From the NCBI RefSeq assembly GCF_002105155.1, contig NW_019028982.1, forward strand, positions 558,001 to 622,000: DNA of 64,000 bases, in the 5' to 3' direction. The position numbers were made by a program, and so were the translations under genes. The DNA comes from Lobosporangium transversale (taxonomy: Eukaryota). A model generated the notes under the pieces. The model did no database searches. It was not told the origin of the DNA and saw nothing but the letters and a program-made list of their open reading frames with translations. Below are positions 50,365-64,000 of the stretch, in pieces; the stretch's first letter is position 1, and every line of letters begins with the position of its first letter.

Positions 50365-53300
50365 GAACAGCAGTAAGGCCTGTCGCCTAGCTTTGTTCTT
50401 CTCTGTTTGCTTGACAGTTGTTTATTGCTTGTTTGTTTTCTGTTGTCCTGTGTTGGGACCATGGTATGCTTGTTATGTTTTTTTTTTTTTTTTTAGAATC
50501 TAGCCAATGATAAGGCTCAACTAGCTTGATTCCCATCAGATGTCGCCATCGATTTTCCGTGGAGGGATGAGGAGACCATGTTGGCATCGCATTTGTTTGT
50601 TTTGCATTTTCATTTTTTAACGCTTCATTTTTATTGAAGCATGCAGCCGTTTAGTCGGCTATACCTAACCCTGATGCATGATTGCTTGCTATTTCATGAG
50701 CAACAACAACCAGCTTCCCCTTCCATCGACTTCAAAAACAAAAACAAAAAGAAAATAAAAAGAATGGATAGAATTCCATACAAATATTCATTCATACAAG
50801 GAAGGAGAGAGATTTAATACTATATACCGTCATGTTGAAAGCAAATAGGAAAATGCAAACGCTGTAATAGCATCTATGCATCCGCAATAACCCTCTTTTA
50901 TTACAGTGACTGAGGTGGTGAGGAGTTGCTCTGTGTTTACAAAAAAGAAAGCGCTGATGGGAAGGGACAGGGACTGAGTATATTTTAGAGAGAAATGAGC
51001 TGGATAGCCCACTTGTCATTCCATCCATGTTTACATTTTTTCTCATGTTTATTTACACTTTAGTATTGAATGACTGATAGATTGATAAAGGTAATAGATG
51101 ATCCCCTATTGTTTATGCTGTTAAAGAATGTATATACTATCGTTAAACAGTAACCCGATATATATATTAATATGTATATATATCAGATAAACAACAAATA
51201 AAGAAAAAAGGAGTTGCCTCATTGGTTCTGTGGTTCGGACGCGCCTTTCCCTGGAATAGCCATAGAGAACACTCGACTTGAAATCAATTAATGGATTAAC
51301 GAATGAATGAAATAGATATTAAATAAACCACAAACCGATATCATTTTAACCGAGGAAGAGAAAAAAAAACGTATCGGTCCATGCCAAATAACAAACAATG
51401 AGTTAGGAATGCCAATAAGGAAAGACAGCAGACAAGAGATTTGCCTTCATCGGATGCTTATCACTGCACTCTTTCATTCGTGCGTCAAAGTCATTCCAAC
51501 TCCATTTGGGATAGTCTTTTTTTTCTATTCTTTCGCAGAGTGAAATATATATGTAAATGTATATGTAATAAAATATATTACATACTTTATGAGATCTTCA
51601 TTATCCTTGCTATTTTCAGATCGGTTCACGATCATAATTAATGATGTATCTCTCCTCTGTCCGTGTGTGGTATTGTCTCTGTTGCCAACACAGATACATC
51701 CATACCATACTATACAGATGTATAATGTGTCTGTGTTGCAAATGTCTGTTCGCGACAATGAGAAGAGTCAAGAGAGCATATCTCTGACCCTGCAACAGCT
51801 GGCTCACATTTATTTATTACAATTTGTATACATTGTTTCGTTTGGGCTTGCGGGATAGTCCCCGACATCCTCTTCCGATTCCTCATTAAATATTCATTTG
51901 TAAAAATGCATTGCAATTAATACTGCATCTTCTGTTACTCTTGTGTGCATTGTTGTAAATGGAAAGGGTCTTTCTCCATCTCATTTCTCGCGTCATACCT
52001 CATCAAACTTCCTTCTCCCTTGCATAACATTTAATAGGGTCCAAACCATATTCTCTGTTCTTTGTCATGTCGGCTGATGAAATAAAAAAATAAAAAAATA
52101 AAAAGAGACAGGTTCCGTCTAATAGAATAAACGGCTAAGGATGTGATAGATTTTCCGAGAGGATAGACATGAATGAAGCGTTCAGTTGTTACACGCCGAG
52201 ATGACATTGATTGTGCTCAGAATATATTTCAGCATGCAATAGACAGAGAGGAGTAGACAGATAAAAGAAAGACATTCACTTCTGGTTGGTCTCAATCTAA
52301 CCAAGCTGGAATGGGCTACATGGACCAATGCGCCATGGATCACTTCAATAACATGTTTAAAATAATAATAACAAGAGACACATGCAGGTTGCCTGCAAAA
52401 GAAGGCCTAGCATTTTTTATTCAAATGTGAGGACATGCATATTTTCTGCGCTTTGTGTATTTCCCAGGGCAAGAAACCGAAAGTTAAAGCCTGATCAGCA
52501 GGGCAAAACAAACAAACAAAACCAGTATTTATTTCATATTACTTATTAAATACATGTTTATTATGCAGAGAGATATTGTATACTTTTTCATACATTCTTA
52601 ACCAATGTCGCTAATAAATGTTTATATTACTGTTGTTGTTTTGAACAGTCTGGCCTTTTTGCCTCTTCTGATCCTTTGATAGAGCCCTCTCTTTCCTACA
52701 GCTTGTCAAGGCCCTGACTACAATGTGAGCTGAACCCTGTTTTTCATCTAATTTGTAATATCCCCAATGTATTATGTATTTTAAACTATGTACTCTAATG
52801 TTCCTGCAGGTCAAAGTTGGAGGACAGGAGAAAGAGAGAGAAAGAGACACAGAGACATGGCGATGAACCCTGAATGGCTTGACTGTTAGGATGTTTACGA
52901 TGTTTACAAACCTTGTTATGAGCCCTTTTCGTGCTTTCACCATCATTGAGAGTTGCACATTGTATCTCTGCATCTCATCAAGTGCCAACTTTGAACCTTC
53001 CATTCAACTATAGTAACTGCTGCTGCTTCTACAAAAAAAACGAGTATAAAAGCAACGGCCTCAATGCACCATTTCCCTTTTTTTTTCTTCACTCCTCATC
53101 CACATCTTCAGATCTCTCAACCCTTCTCAGCTCACTAGCTAACAAAAAAAGCCTCTCTCTTCCTAACTCTACCTAAAAAAAAAAAAAACAACACCAACCA
53201 TGAAGTTCACTGGTATTTTCCTCATCGCATCCTGCGTTGCTCTCTTCAGCGTTGAAGCTGCTCCTTTGATCAGGGGTAACGGTGGCAAGCCAGTCCCTGA

Positions 53301-54648
53301 CTCTTACATTGTTGTCCTCAAGGAAGGCAAGAACGTTACTGACTTCATCCCCAAGTTCAACGCCATTGCTCGCCGCCAGAACGGCCGTGGTCGCAAGTCC
53401 ACAATCAACCGCCAGTACAAGGCCATCCAAGGTTTCTCCATGACTGTCAATGCTGCTGCCTTGAAGGAGATCTTGGCTTCAGATGATGTCGAGTACGTTG
53501 AGGAGGATCAGGTTGTTACCATCAACACTCTCCAGCAATCCAACCCTCCTTCCTGGGGTCTTCCTCGCGTCTCTCAGCGCCAGCGCAACTCTGCTGCTCC
53601 TTACTACTACCAAGACCAAGCTGGAGCTGGCGTCACTGCCTATGTCATTGACACTGGTATCAACACTGGCCACGTCGACTTCCAAGGTCGTGCCACCATG
53701 GGTGCCAACTTCATCTCTGGCTCTGCTAACACTGACGAGAACGGTCACGGTACCCACGTCGCTGGTACCATCGGCGGTGGCTCATATGGTGTTGCCAAGA
53801 GGGTCACCTTGGTCGGTGTCAAGGTTTTGGATGCTCGAGGCTCTGGCTCCTTCTCTGGCATCATTGCTGGTATGGACTGGGTTGCCCAGCGTGCTCGTGG
53901 CACCAAGGCTGTTGTCAACATGTCACTCGGTGGTGGCAAGTCTCAGTCTGTTGACTCTGCTTTGACTCGCCTCTTCAATGCTGGTATCCCCTCAATCGTC
54001 GCTGCTGGTAACGACCCCAACGCTGATGCCTGCAATGGCTCTCCATCTGGTGCTCAAGGCTCATTCACCGTTGCTGCCTCTGACATTAACGACAACATTG
54101 CCTCATTCTCTTCCTGGGGACAATGTGTTGACATCTTCGGACCTGGTGTCAACATCAAGTCTGCCTGGATCGGTGGTAGCACTGCCACCAACACCATCTC
54201 TGGAACTTCGATGGCTTCTCCTCACGTTGCTGGTGTTGCTGCTCTTATCATGAGCGCTGATGGTTCCCTCACCTCACCTCAGGCTGTGTACGACAGATTG
54301 CGCCAGACTGCCACCCCCAACGTCATCACTGGCAACCTCCGCGGCTCTCCCAACCGCTTGGTCTTCAACAGCGCTGTCTAAATTGACTTTGCTGTATACC
54401 CTTTATGATCTGAGATCATATAGGTGGTTTTATTGTCATACTCTATCCTTATCCCTCTCCAATATTGTTAGTATATATCTGATGTGGTGCCTGGAGCATT
54501 TCCATCGTATTTTAAAAAAAGAAAAATAGTTTTTATTTAATTAACTTTTCTACTCGAGTTGCAAGTCTTTGACTGGATCAAAGACAAATCGATAGCTGGC
54601 TAGTTAATGAAGAATAAAGATATTAAAATTACAACTGAAGACATCTTC
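50365..54648 (+). repeat. Segmental duplication copy B, right part (subtilisin locus)
   Basis: Collinear with 33228-37690; near-identical from ~51420 to ~54540; lacks the MITE. Confidence 0.93.
53200..54381 (+). CDS. Secreted subtilisin-like serine protease (S8A), copy B, protein identical to copy A
   Basis: Same 393-aa translation; only synonymous differences seen. Confidence 0.97.
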   Translation: MKFTGIFLIASCVALFSVEAAPLIRGNGGKPVPDSYIVVLKEGKNVTDFIPKFNAIARRQNGRGRKSTINRQYKAIQGFSMTVNAAALKEILASDDVEYVEEDQVVTINTLQQSNPPSWGLPRVSQRQRNSAAPYYYQDQAGAGVTAYVIDTGINTGHVDFQGRATMGANFISGSANTDENGHGTHVAGTIGGGSYGVAKRVTLVGVKVLDARGSGSFSGIIAGMDWVAQRARGTKAVVNMSLGGGKSQSVDSALTRLFNAGIPSIVAAGNDPNADACNGSPSGAQGSFTVAASDINDNIASFSSWGQCVDIFGPGVNIKSAWIGGSTATNTISGTSMASPHVAGVAALIMSADGSLTSPQAVYDRLRQTATPNVITGNLRGSPNRLVFNSAV

Positions 54649-55505
54649 TAAATTAGCAGAACGATAACATAAAAAGAGTAAGAAGGACTGCGCTGGTGAA
54701 GGAGTTGTTAAGTAACCAGATTTCCTCATCTTATTCCAGATATTCAGTTGAGGGAAAAGAGGAGCATGACCTTTATTAGAAACCATGTAAGTCATCTCTG
54801 CTGCAGTCCTACTGCTCCCGTTAAAGATTTGATTACATGGTCAACCAAAAGTGACGGTTTGAAGTTGAACCAGATAGAGAGTTCTCGTCTAAGCAGCCAT
54901 TTTGAATCATGGATGTAGTTCCAAATCAGGACAATAAAGGACGCTTAAAGGCACATTCTTTGCTGGACGGATCTCATTCAAAGGTAAAGCCCATGTATTG
55001 GTGTATTTAAACATCCAATGAGGATCCAGTTTAGCAAGCGAAGAAGCTGTTTGATTCAGTTATAATGATCTAAAGTCTTTTTTTTTCTTTGTGCCTTTGA
55101 TAACGGTTTAATTCATATTACAATAAACAGGCAGAGTTGGCTTTGGATCAGAAAAAGAATTTTTGTCAAAGCTCTCCAGAACACCACTTTTTGAAAATAG
55201 TAAAGCCACCAAAGTGTCTAATCAGTCTTAGATCATTACTACCAAGCCTACAAGAATGTGGAGTACGCTCCAATATATTTAATGGTGTTTTTGAAGTTGA
55301 TCTTTTTTTTTTTTTTTGACGCTCTTGCTTCGTCATTATCATACACTACAGGGGATATAACAAAACTAACAGACTAGCTGTAACAGATATCAAGATCACT
55401 TCTCTCTTGTTGTTTAAAAAAAGTGCATCGCGTTCGTGCCGACATCCCTATTACTATGAATGGAGGACCAGGTTCAGGATGCAGGCAATGATGGATGGAT
55501 ATAGA

Positions 55506-55538
<33 letters not shown>

Positions 55539-55731
55539 CATGCTCTTACTGCATTTCATTCCTTCATTGTATACATACTTCGTAATTATATATATGACAG
55601 AACGAATATTTCTGATTCAGGGTCTAAAGAAAACAAGATTGTCCACGATTCTGTCGATTTATTGTAAAGATTTTCGTACAGCTGCAGACGACTGCAGAAA
55701 AAAAAAAATAAAGAGGAAGTGCCGTCAGCCT

Positions 55732-57310
<1,579 letters not shown>

Positions 57311-59561
57311 TTTAAAGTGATTGAAAAAAGAAGGAGCAAATTTCAATCGGACCACGAAAGCGTAATAAAGATTTGGGTGCGCAGCCACCCACATTTTTGA
57401 CTATTGTCTGACTAGCCGTTACTCCGCTCGTGTCATCAATTTCTTGCTTTAGTGCCCTAATGTCTTATTTTTTCTACAGAGGCATACCATTCTCATTGAC
57501 GGGCTCGAGGTAGAATGACCGTCATCACTCATGCAGGTGTTCTTGTACAAAAATCTTGATCCAGCGCCTTAGGCACTTCTTGATGTATAGCTAGTTCAAC
57601 TAATACAATAGTCGCAGGCTTTAGCACTCTGCAACTATCTGTTATATCCTTGCAGTATTTGATCTATGTATCATGAACCTTTTGCACGAAGAACGAACGT
57701 CTCGAATGATTCGTATATCGATATCGAACCACACTCTGGCTTTATCTGGTCGCTTTAGTTTCCTCATCCCTCTGCTTCTTAGGATATTAGCTGGGCATTT
57801 TCTGCATCCCTCTGCTGCCGTCACATCATCTTCGTTGTAAAGTTAACTAAGCGAACTGCAACTCTCTCTACTTAGCTTGGACGTCACGAAGCGAAGGGAG
57901 GCTCCGTTCAATATTCTCGATAGAATCATCCAACGGGGATGGAGATCGTTTATAAAGCTCAATGGAATAGTTCATTCTCGGCCAACGATGCACTCCTACA
58001 ATATTAGCCAAGGTCAATCCCTAGAAACGGAAATTATCGAAAGACCACATCCCTGACCCTGCTTGGCATCCCCCTTGGTTTGGGAAATGTTTCGTTACTT
58101 CTGTCAACAAAGAACCCTTGCTTTCTAATGTCGTTTGCAGTCTGGAAGGCAGAATTCTCTTAAAGGAATAGCGTCGGGAATATAACGTTAAGTGCAAGGA
58201 GCGACAGGCAATGGTCGTGTGTAGCCGTTGGGATGGGATAATGAGATTGAGATGAAGACATTTCTGTCCCGTCATGAGTGTTGTGCTCGATTTAACCTGT
58301 TGACTCACCCTTGCGACCACTACCAACTGACTAAATAAGAATTTCACCATAACTTGTTGCTAGAGGGTTCTGTTTTTTCAAAGACTCGCGATCAACGACT
58401 GCTTAAAGAAATAGACGAATGAATAGCAGATTCCTGATAGAGACGGTAAGACCTAGTAGCTATCACTTAGTGCGTTCAGCCGCACAGAGCTCTCAATGAC
58501 TGGGTTGATCCTCGCGCCTTGGCTTGATAGCAATTATTTTCGAACTGAAGCTTCCAGTCATATAAAAAGTAAAAATAAAAAATGCACTTCACTCTATGTC
58601 AACACTTCAAACAAGTCATGACATGGAAGGATAGTATCTGAAGAAAGCAGTTGCATACTTGGTATTTGATATGAGAAGAAGAGTGCTTAGTAAATACTAA
58701 TACCCTCAATCCCATTCTTCTCCTAACTTTTTATTATTAAATAAGGGTATTAATTGTATTCATTTATTATATATCCATATTCTTTTATTTACTTCAGCTC
58801 TTTTCTTCCATTCATGTGCACTCCGTTCCGCTACGTGTTCAAACACTTGGCAAACCAGTCGTGCAATAGTGTTGATCTAGACTCCAACTTTTTCATAAGG
58901 GCATTTAACGCTACGAGATGCTCCTCTATCCCTTGCAGCCATCCATGTGTCCCTTTTTGCAACGCATCCTTAGAGCTGCTTGTTTAAAGATATCCTCTTA
59001 TAAACCTATAAAAGGCTTAATAATCAATTATTTCTCCAGAATCTCACAAAATTGATTATAATGACGATGTGACTGGAGCCTTTAAGGCGAAAGCTTAATC
59101 CTTCCTGAGGTATAGTCGTTAATCTTAGCTTTGTAAAAAAAAAATGTCCGCCGCTCCATAGGATGAAACTGCCGCTACAGTTGTTGTTGAAGTCGATCCT
59201 CCCATTCCTCTGTTGTACTTACCTCGGCATCGCAGTCCATTACTGCAAAGGAGCTCGCTCTTTCTTGGGTGTAGAAACTAGTGGCCTCGCATCCTGCATT
59301 GGACTCGTAATACGGCGGTATTTTGCCTTCTTAATAGATATTTAAAAAGCTGTTACCCACTCTACGCTTCTGCGTCCCAGACCCCCGAGGTTGGTACTTT
59401 ATACTATTTAGAACAGAGCCGTCCTCAAGAGTATAAGGATTTAAGCGTTCTCATCGTATAGCTCCATAATTATTTCTGAAGTGTCGTATAAAATGATATT
59501 TTTTTATTTATTTTGTTTTTTCGCTTCCTTTTATTCCTTCAGCCAAATGCTTGACTCCCTT

Positions 59562-59837
59562 TTAAAAGCAAGTGCCACCTTGAGCCCCGTTTCTATCGCA
59601 CAAGTCGTAGAACCAGCTCTTCTCGCCGGTTTCAACGGCCCATACATGGTATTCACCATTCTTGTAGCCCTGACGCCAGTGCTTTGAACCCTTCTTAAAT
59701 ACAGTGCGAGTGACTTCCTCACGACGAACACACTTGGAAGCTCCACAGTCGACACAGTAGCAAGACCAAGCCATGGTTACATTGAGAAACATTAAGCAGA
59801 AGATGAGAACTGCAAGCACGCTGTTGGTTCTGGCCAT
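59562..59837 (-). CDS. Small secreted Cys-rich protein, paralog 1 (91 aa; ~68-aa mature, 6 Cys)
   Basis: Signal peptide ending ...VTMA|WSCYC; paralog with a conserved frame at 60752-61027; TATA box upstream. Confidence 0.85.
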   Translation of the reverse strand: MARTNSVLAVLIFCLMFLNVTMAWSCYCVDCGASKCVRREEVTRTVFKKGSKHWRQGYKNGEYHVWAVETGEKSWFYDLCDRNGAQGGTCF

Positions 59838-59980
59838 TTTGTCGTATAATCAGTTAATGATGAGCTAGAGAGAGAGATGATTTTAGTTAAGAGTGAGAGA
59901 GGTGGATAGATGAAGGAGAAAGAATATAGCCTTAAACAGTATTTACCTTAATTAGAGCTATTGGTGAATTAAAAGTAAAG

Positions 59981-60014
<34 letters not shown>

Positions 60015-60017
60015 GCA

Positions 60018-60123
60018 AGATCGAGTTTTATAAACGCTTCTCCAAGCAAGGGACAATGACGCGGGCCCTCTGCTTCCTGCAGATGTTCCTGATGTTGAAT
60101 ATTAAGTTTTTTGTGCGGCGTGT
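60018..60123 (-). promoter_or_regulatory. Conserved promoter blocks of Cys-rich paralog 1 (TATA block 60018-60035; ACACGCCGCACAAAAA 60108-60123)
   Basis: Both blocks recur identically upstream of paralog 2 (61228-61245; 61326-61341) amid diverged sequence. Confidence 0.65.
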
Positions 60124-60751
60124 AAGAGCAAGGTTTATCGGCGCGGTGAGAGAATGCACAACTGTTTAATACGTGATGTTACACACAACGAACGTTGCGG
60201 CGTCTTTTGCATTAATATTATTCCTCCAAACTCATACAACAAGGGAATCCATCTGCTCTTTTCTTATTCAGTCGGCTATATTCTGAAGCTCCAAAGCCGA
60301 ACAATTTTGGTTATAATCGAGAATAACCAATGACACAAGTTTCATTCTTCTTTTCGTAGAAAAAACATTGTGTGCCCCCGCAATTCTTGACCTGGGATCC
60401 CCAACTCAAGCTTCTATTTTTTCTATGATAAAGAAGCTTCCCAGTAAACTCTCCCTCTTATTTGTAATTTTTTGATCATTTTATTAATTGGCATGTAGAA
60501 CCGTTATCCTTGATTTATGCAGTCAAACATAATTGCCCTTTTTTCAATACAAGGTTTTCAACAATCACAGACAAGAAAAGAGTAGAGTCACCATGCAGAC
60601 GAGACTGTATATATGTATGAAAGAGAAAGCAAAAGAGCCATCAAGGACCATAGAGTAATTTATTTGCCTTGCGCCTTTATTGTTCTGCTCTACTGTGTTA
60701 TGTCTTATCGCCACTATGGTTAATTATCCTGGGATGATTATCGTTCTTTCT

Positions 60752-61027
60752 TTAGAAACAGGTTCCACCCATAGCTCCATTCCTGTCGCACAACGTGTTG
60801 AACCAGCTCCTGTCTGCACCATCGATATTATAGACGTGATATTTGCCATCGCGGCTCGACAATCTCCATTGTTTGGAGCCCTTTTCGTACACCGTACGGG
60901 TGACGGTATCACGACGGACGCACGAGGAAGATCCACAATCAACACAGTAGCAGCTCCAGGCCATGGCTACGTTGAGGAACATTAAGCAGAAGACTAGTAC
61001 TGCAAGGAAATTGTTGACCCTGGCCAT
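60752..61027 (-). CDS. Small secreted Cys-rich protein, paralog 2 (91 aa; 62/91 identical to paralog 1)
   Basis: Same length, signal peptide and Cys spacing as paralog 1. Confidence 0.85.
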   Translation of the reverse strand: MARVNNFLAVLVFCLMFLNVAMAWSCYCVDCGSSSCVRRDTVTRTVYEKGSKQWRLSSRDGKYHVYNIDGADRSWFNTLCDRNGAMGGTCF

Positions 61028-62463
61028 TTCGTTGTATATTATGTTAAAGGACTAGAAGAAACGATAAGATGTTAGTCGAGCTTGAGAAAGTTGATACTAG
61101 AAGTTGGGAGTGGACGAATAAAGGAGGATTGTATAATATACCTTGAATTGGATTTGTTGAGTTGTTGCACTGGTTGTGAAGAAAAAAAAAAGGGAAAAAA
61201 GGAAAAGGGAAAGGAAAGGAAAGAGTGAGATCGAGTTTTATAAACATTTCTGACATTTGGGCAAGGACACTATACGCTTTGGGTTAATTTAATACATTAA
61301 ATCACGTCTCTATTTGAACCTTGTCTTTTTGTGCGGCGTGTTTTTAGTCCAAGCATCGGATGAGCAAGAAGGAAAACATCTCAGGTAGGCGTTCCTTCCA
61401 TGGAACAATCTGTTCAGTACACAGTCGATGCAAAGACGAAGTATATACATCTTTGATGTTCAGGTAAGAGAATGAGTTCCTGCTCAGATATCCTAGGATT
61501 CCTTGCACGCAATAGGAAATAAAAAAATATTATCAACCTGACAATTTTCATTGCACTTCAAGCATTTTCGCAAAAGCCTTCATGATAAAAAAATACAGTT
61601 GAGAAAACTATCTTATTTAGATCCAACAGCCACATATCTATTATCCTTCAAAAAAGGCAAGAAGCCTCCACCCTGTCTAAAATCTTCGACTATTCACTTA
61701 ATATAGCTCATAGTGACACTTCAAACTGAAAGGCATCAAGCTGGTATGCATCGTAGTCAGGAAGAACGAGCACATGACAAGTATAAATCTACAGGGCATC
61801 CTCCTTCGCATATTATCTCATTCTTCATATCACAAATACCTTTAATTTCAAGGTTCACAGGAGAGGGATGGTGGTGTAATGGGACATTAAGACGACAGAG
61901 GACGTCTTTTACGCGAGCTAGCGATCACCTTCTGTCTCACTCACTTTCTTCTAGTACACCGAAAAGGGAAATTGGGTGGGTACCATATACTATTTAGTAA
62001 TGAGCCAAGGTTTAGAGCCTCACTGCTAATATAGGATTGGTAATTCAGGAGAGAGTTGCAAGTTCAAATAATGGATGCAAAGACATCCTTTTCTTAATCG
62101 TCTTAGTGCTTTATCTGGTCATGCAATATTGGCTTGAAAATATTGTGGCATTTTTTTTTTAAATAATTCGTCTTATTACTGACCGTCTGCATCTTATGAA
62201 TGTGGGAAAGCACGAGTGTAAAAACGATGATGCAGGGGCCAAGCCGCTAACTTGAAATATACACTTTCTTCCATCCACAGCCTTTTGGAAAAACAGATAA
62301 GCTTAGTTGGATTTAGCTTACAAGTTCCTGATTTTGAACCAGTGAAGCACACTGAATTTTTTGAACGGGTCTACAGTGCACAGCCACACTTGAACTGTCG
62401 CGTTGGACTCTGATTATGCGACTCAATCCTCTCATCCATTTAATGGCTGATGTTTTTCTGACC

Positions 62464-64000
62464 ATGCTTTCAAACCAAAGTGTCACCATCTTTGATATTC
62501 CACTTATTCTTGAGCTCATTTCCGAGAGTCTGTCAAAAAAAGACCTTCAGCAATGTATTCTCGTCTCACATGCTTGGCATGATGCGTTTATCCCATTTCT
62601 CTGGCATGACATTCGCATTTTCCTTAAATGTAGCCTAAAACGCTTTCGAGCTGAAGAAGTTCATTCTGTTTTGCTTTCCCAAAACAGGGCTTCTTTGATA
62701 CATTCAATAACAACATATCGCGGGGAGCTTTTCCCATGGCTGCAACCGAATCCTCAAAGAAATAAACGAGAACGGAAGCGATTGCGTAGACTACAGCACC
62801 AGCAGGTGCAAAGACAAAAATCTAGCCTTGACGCCATCGTTGATGTCCACAACAATAATATCATCAAAATGAATAATGAAATCGAGGATCAATGCAAGGT
62901 CAAAGGCGGCGAGGATGCTCAAGGCAACATTCATTCGACCGCCTTTAGTCGTCTCCACTTGTCGCCCTCCAAATTTGCACCACCTCTGCCAGCACAAGTG
63001 TCCAGTTTTGAGCCTCTTGTGTTGACGAACTTGAAGGTTCTTCGATGTCTCTCGTTCCCATGCGACCTTCTCAGTACTGGGCACAACAATGAATATCTGT
63101 ACCAGATCCTGACATTTGTGGAAGCTTGCCCGCATTTGCACACGTTTGAGCTTGATCACTTTGTCTATGAATCTCATTTTATCATCCGTCTGAGTAAAGT
63201 CCTCTGCCACCATAGTTCCCTAAAGGACTTTTCACTCTTACCAGCAAAAGCCATTCACTTAAGGGATCTACAAATCTTGCTTCGGCATTGTAATCGGTTA
63301 GAATCGCTCGAAGTAGCTTGTTATCCTTATTGTCCTACAACTTCAAGTGAGGAGGAGATGAAGGAGTTAGAAGAGATGCCCGAGACTACAATTCGACACC
63401 TGAATTTCGCCAGGGTAGTTTCTTCGGGCCTCATTCCTACTCTAGTCGCATTTTTGAAAAAGTGTCCCCAATTAATCGAGCTACGATTCCTGGATCATAA
63501 TGAATCTCAGCTTCTGATGGAAACGATTACAAACTATTTACCGAAACTTTGCCGACTAGATTTTTCGCGTACTACAATACAAATTGCAAGGGTGATCAAT
63601 GCCTGCCAGACCGGGATAGAGTCCTTCAAGGGTAAAATGAATAGGTTGTTATCATCGAGACGATCAATACGTTGTTATTGCAACAATCGAGATATGGGTT
63701 CACATTACGAGATATCTGCCTTGCGAGTTGCTCTGCAGTTCAAGGTCGGGATATTCAGGCGATTTTGGTATCGTGTCCAAATCTCGTGAGTTTCCATGGT
63801 ATGCCTCTATTGGCTCGGAATGATTTCTTTATTAATGATGAATCGCCCATCTTGAGCGTGATTGACATGAAAGAAGAAGCTAAGACTAGAGCCAAAGACA
63901 AAGCCAAATCTACAGTCAACAACAACCGCAGCTTTTCTGCGACAGTGGATTGGGTTTGTTTGAGGTTGAGAGAATTGACATTGCGGTTCGAAGAAACTGA
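62464..64000 (+). CDS. F-box/LRR (RNI-like) protein, frameshifted near 63645 and running off the window end
   Basis: F-box-like 'IFDIPLILELISESLSKKDLQQCILVSHAWHDAFIPFLW'; LRR units 'CPHLHTFEL', 'CNRLESLEV', 'CPQLIELRF'. Continues in another frame with 'ILVSCPNLVSF' and 'WVCLRLRELTL'. Confidence 0.75.

Noticed and set aside
57480..59400. Coding-like sequence between RPS23 and the Cys-rich genes
   Set aside because: Stops in all frames and no recognisable motif; may be a decayed gene or TE, but cannot be called.

Overview
This is a eukaryotic, intron-rich fungal window full of homopolymers and microsatellites. The gene repertoire (BTB-BACK-TLDc, GT23 fucosyltransferase, Crinkler-type remnants, 'WVC..L..L' F-box/LRR) suggests an early-diverging fungus of the Mortierellaceae/Mucoromycota type; this is inference. 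From 1 to 27 kb are conserved genes: BTB-TLDc protein, alpha-1,6-fucosyltransferase-like, ARG1, alpha-arrestin, ATP3, a PDK1/Pkh kinase with a split PH domain, and a DUF4504/C1orf74-like gene. From 27 to 55 kb is a gene-poor, dynamic compartment built on a tandem segmental duplication of a secreted subtilisin (two identical proteins). Copy A carries a 186-bp TA-flanked MITE in its promoter. Copy B is split by a ~9.7-kb composite insertion: an orphan LSU (28S) rDNA fragment with a 76-bp insert at the I-CreI-type target site, a Crinkler N-terminal pseudogene, a PD-(D/E)XK nuclease-like pseudogene, and a decayed Ty3/Gypsy element. From 55 to 64 kb are RPS23, a tandem pair of 91-aa secreted Cys-rich proteins with a KP6-killer-toxin-like Cys pattern and shared promoter motifs, and a frameshifted F-box/LRR gene. 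Exon structures were read by hand; no database searches were run.
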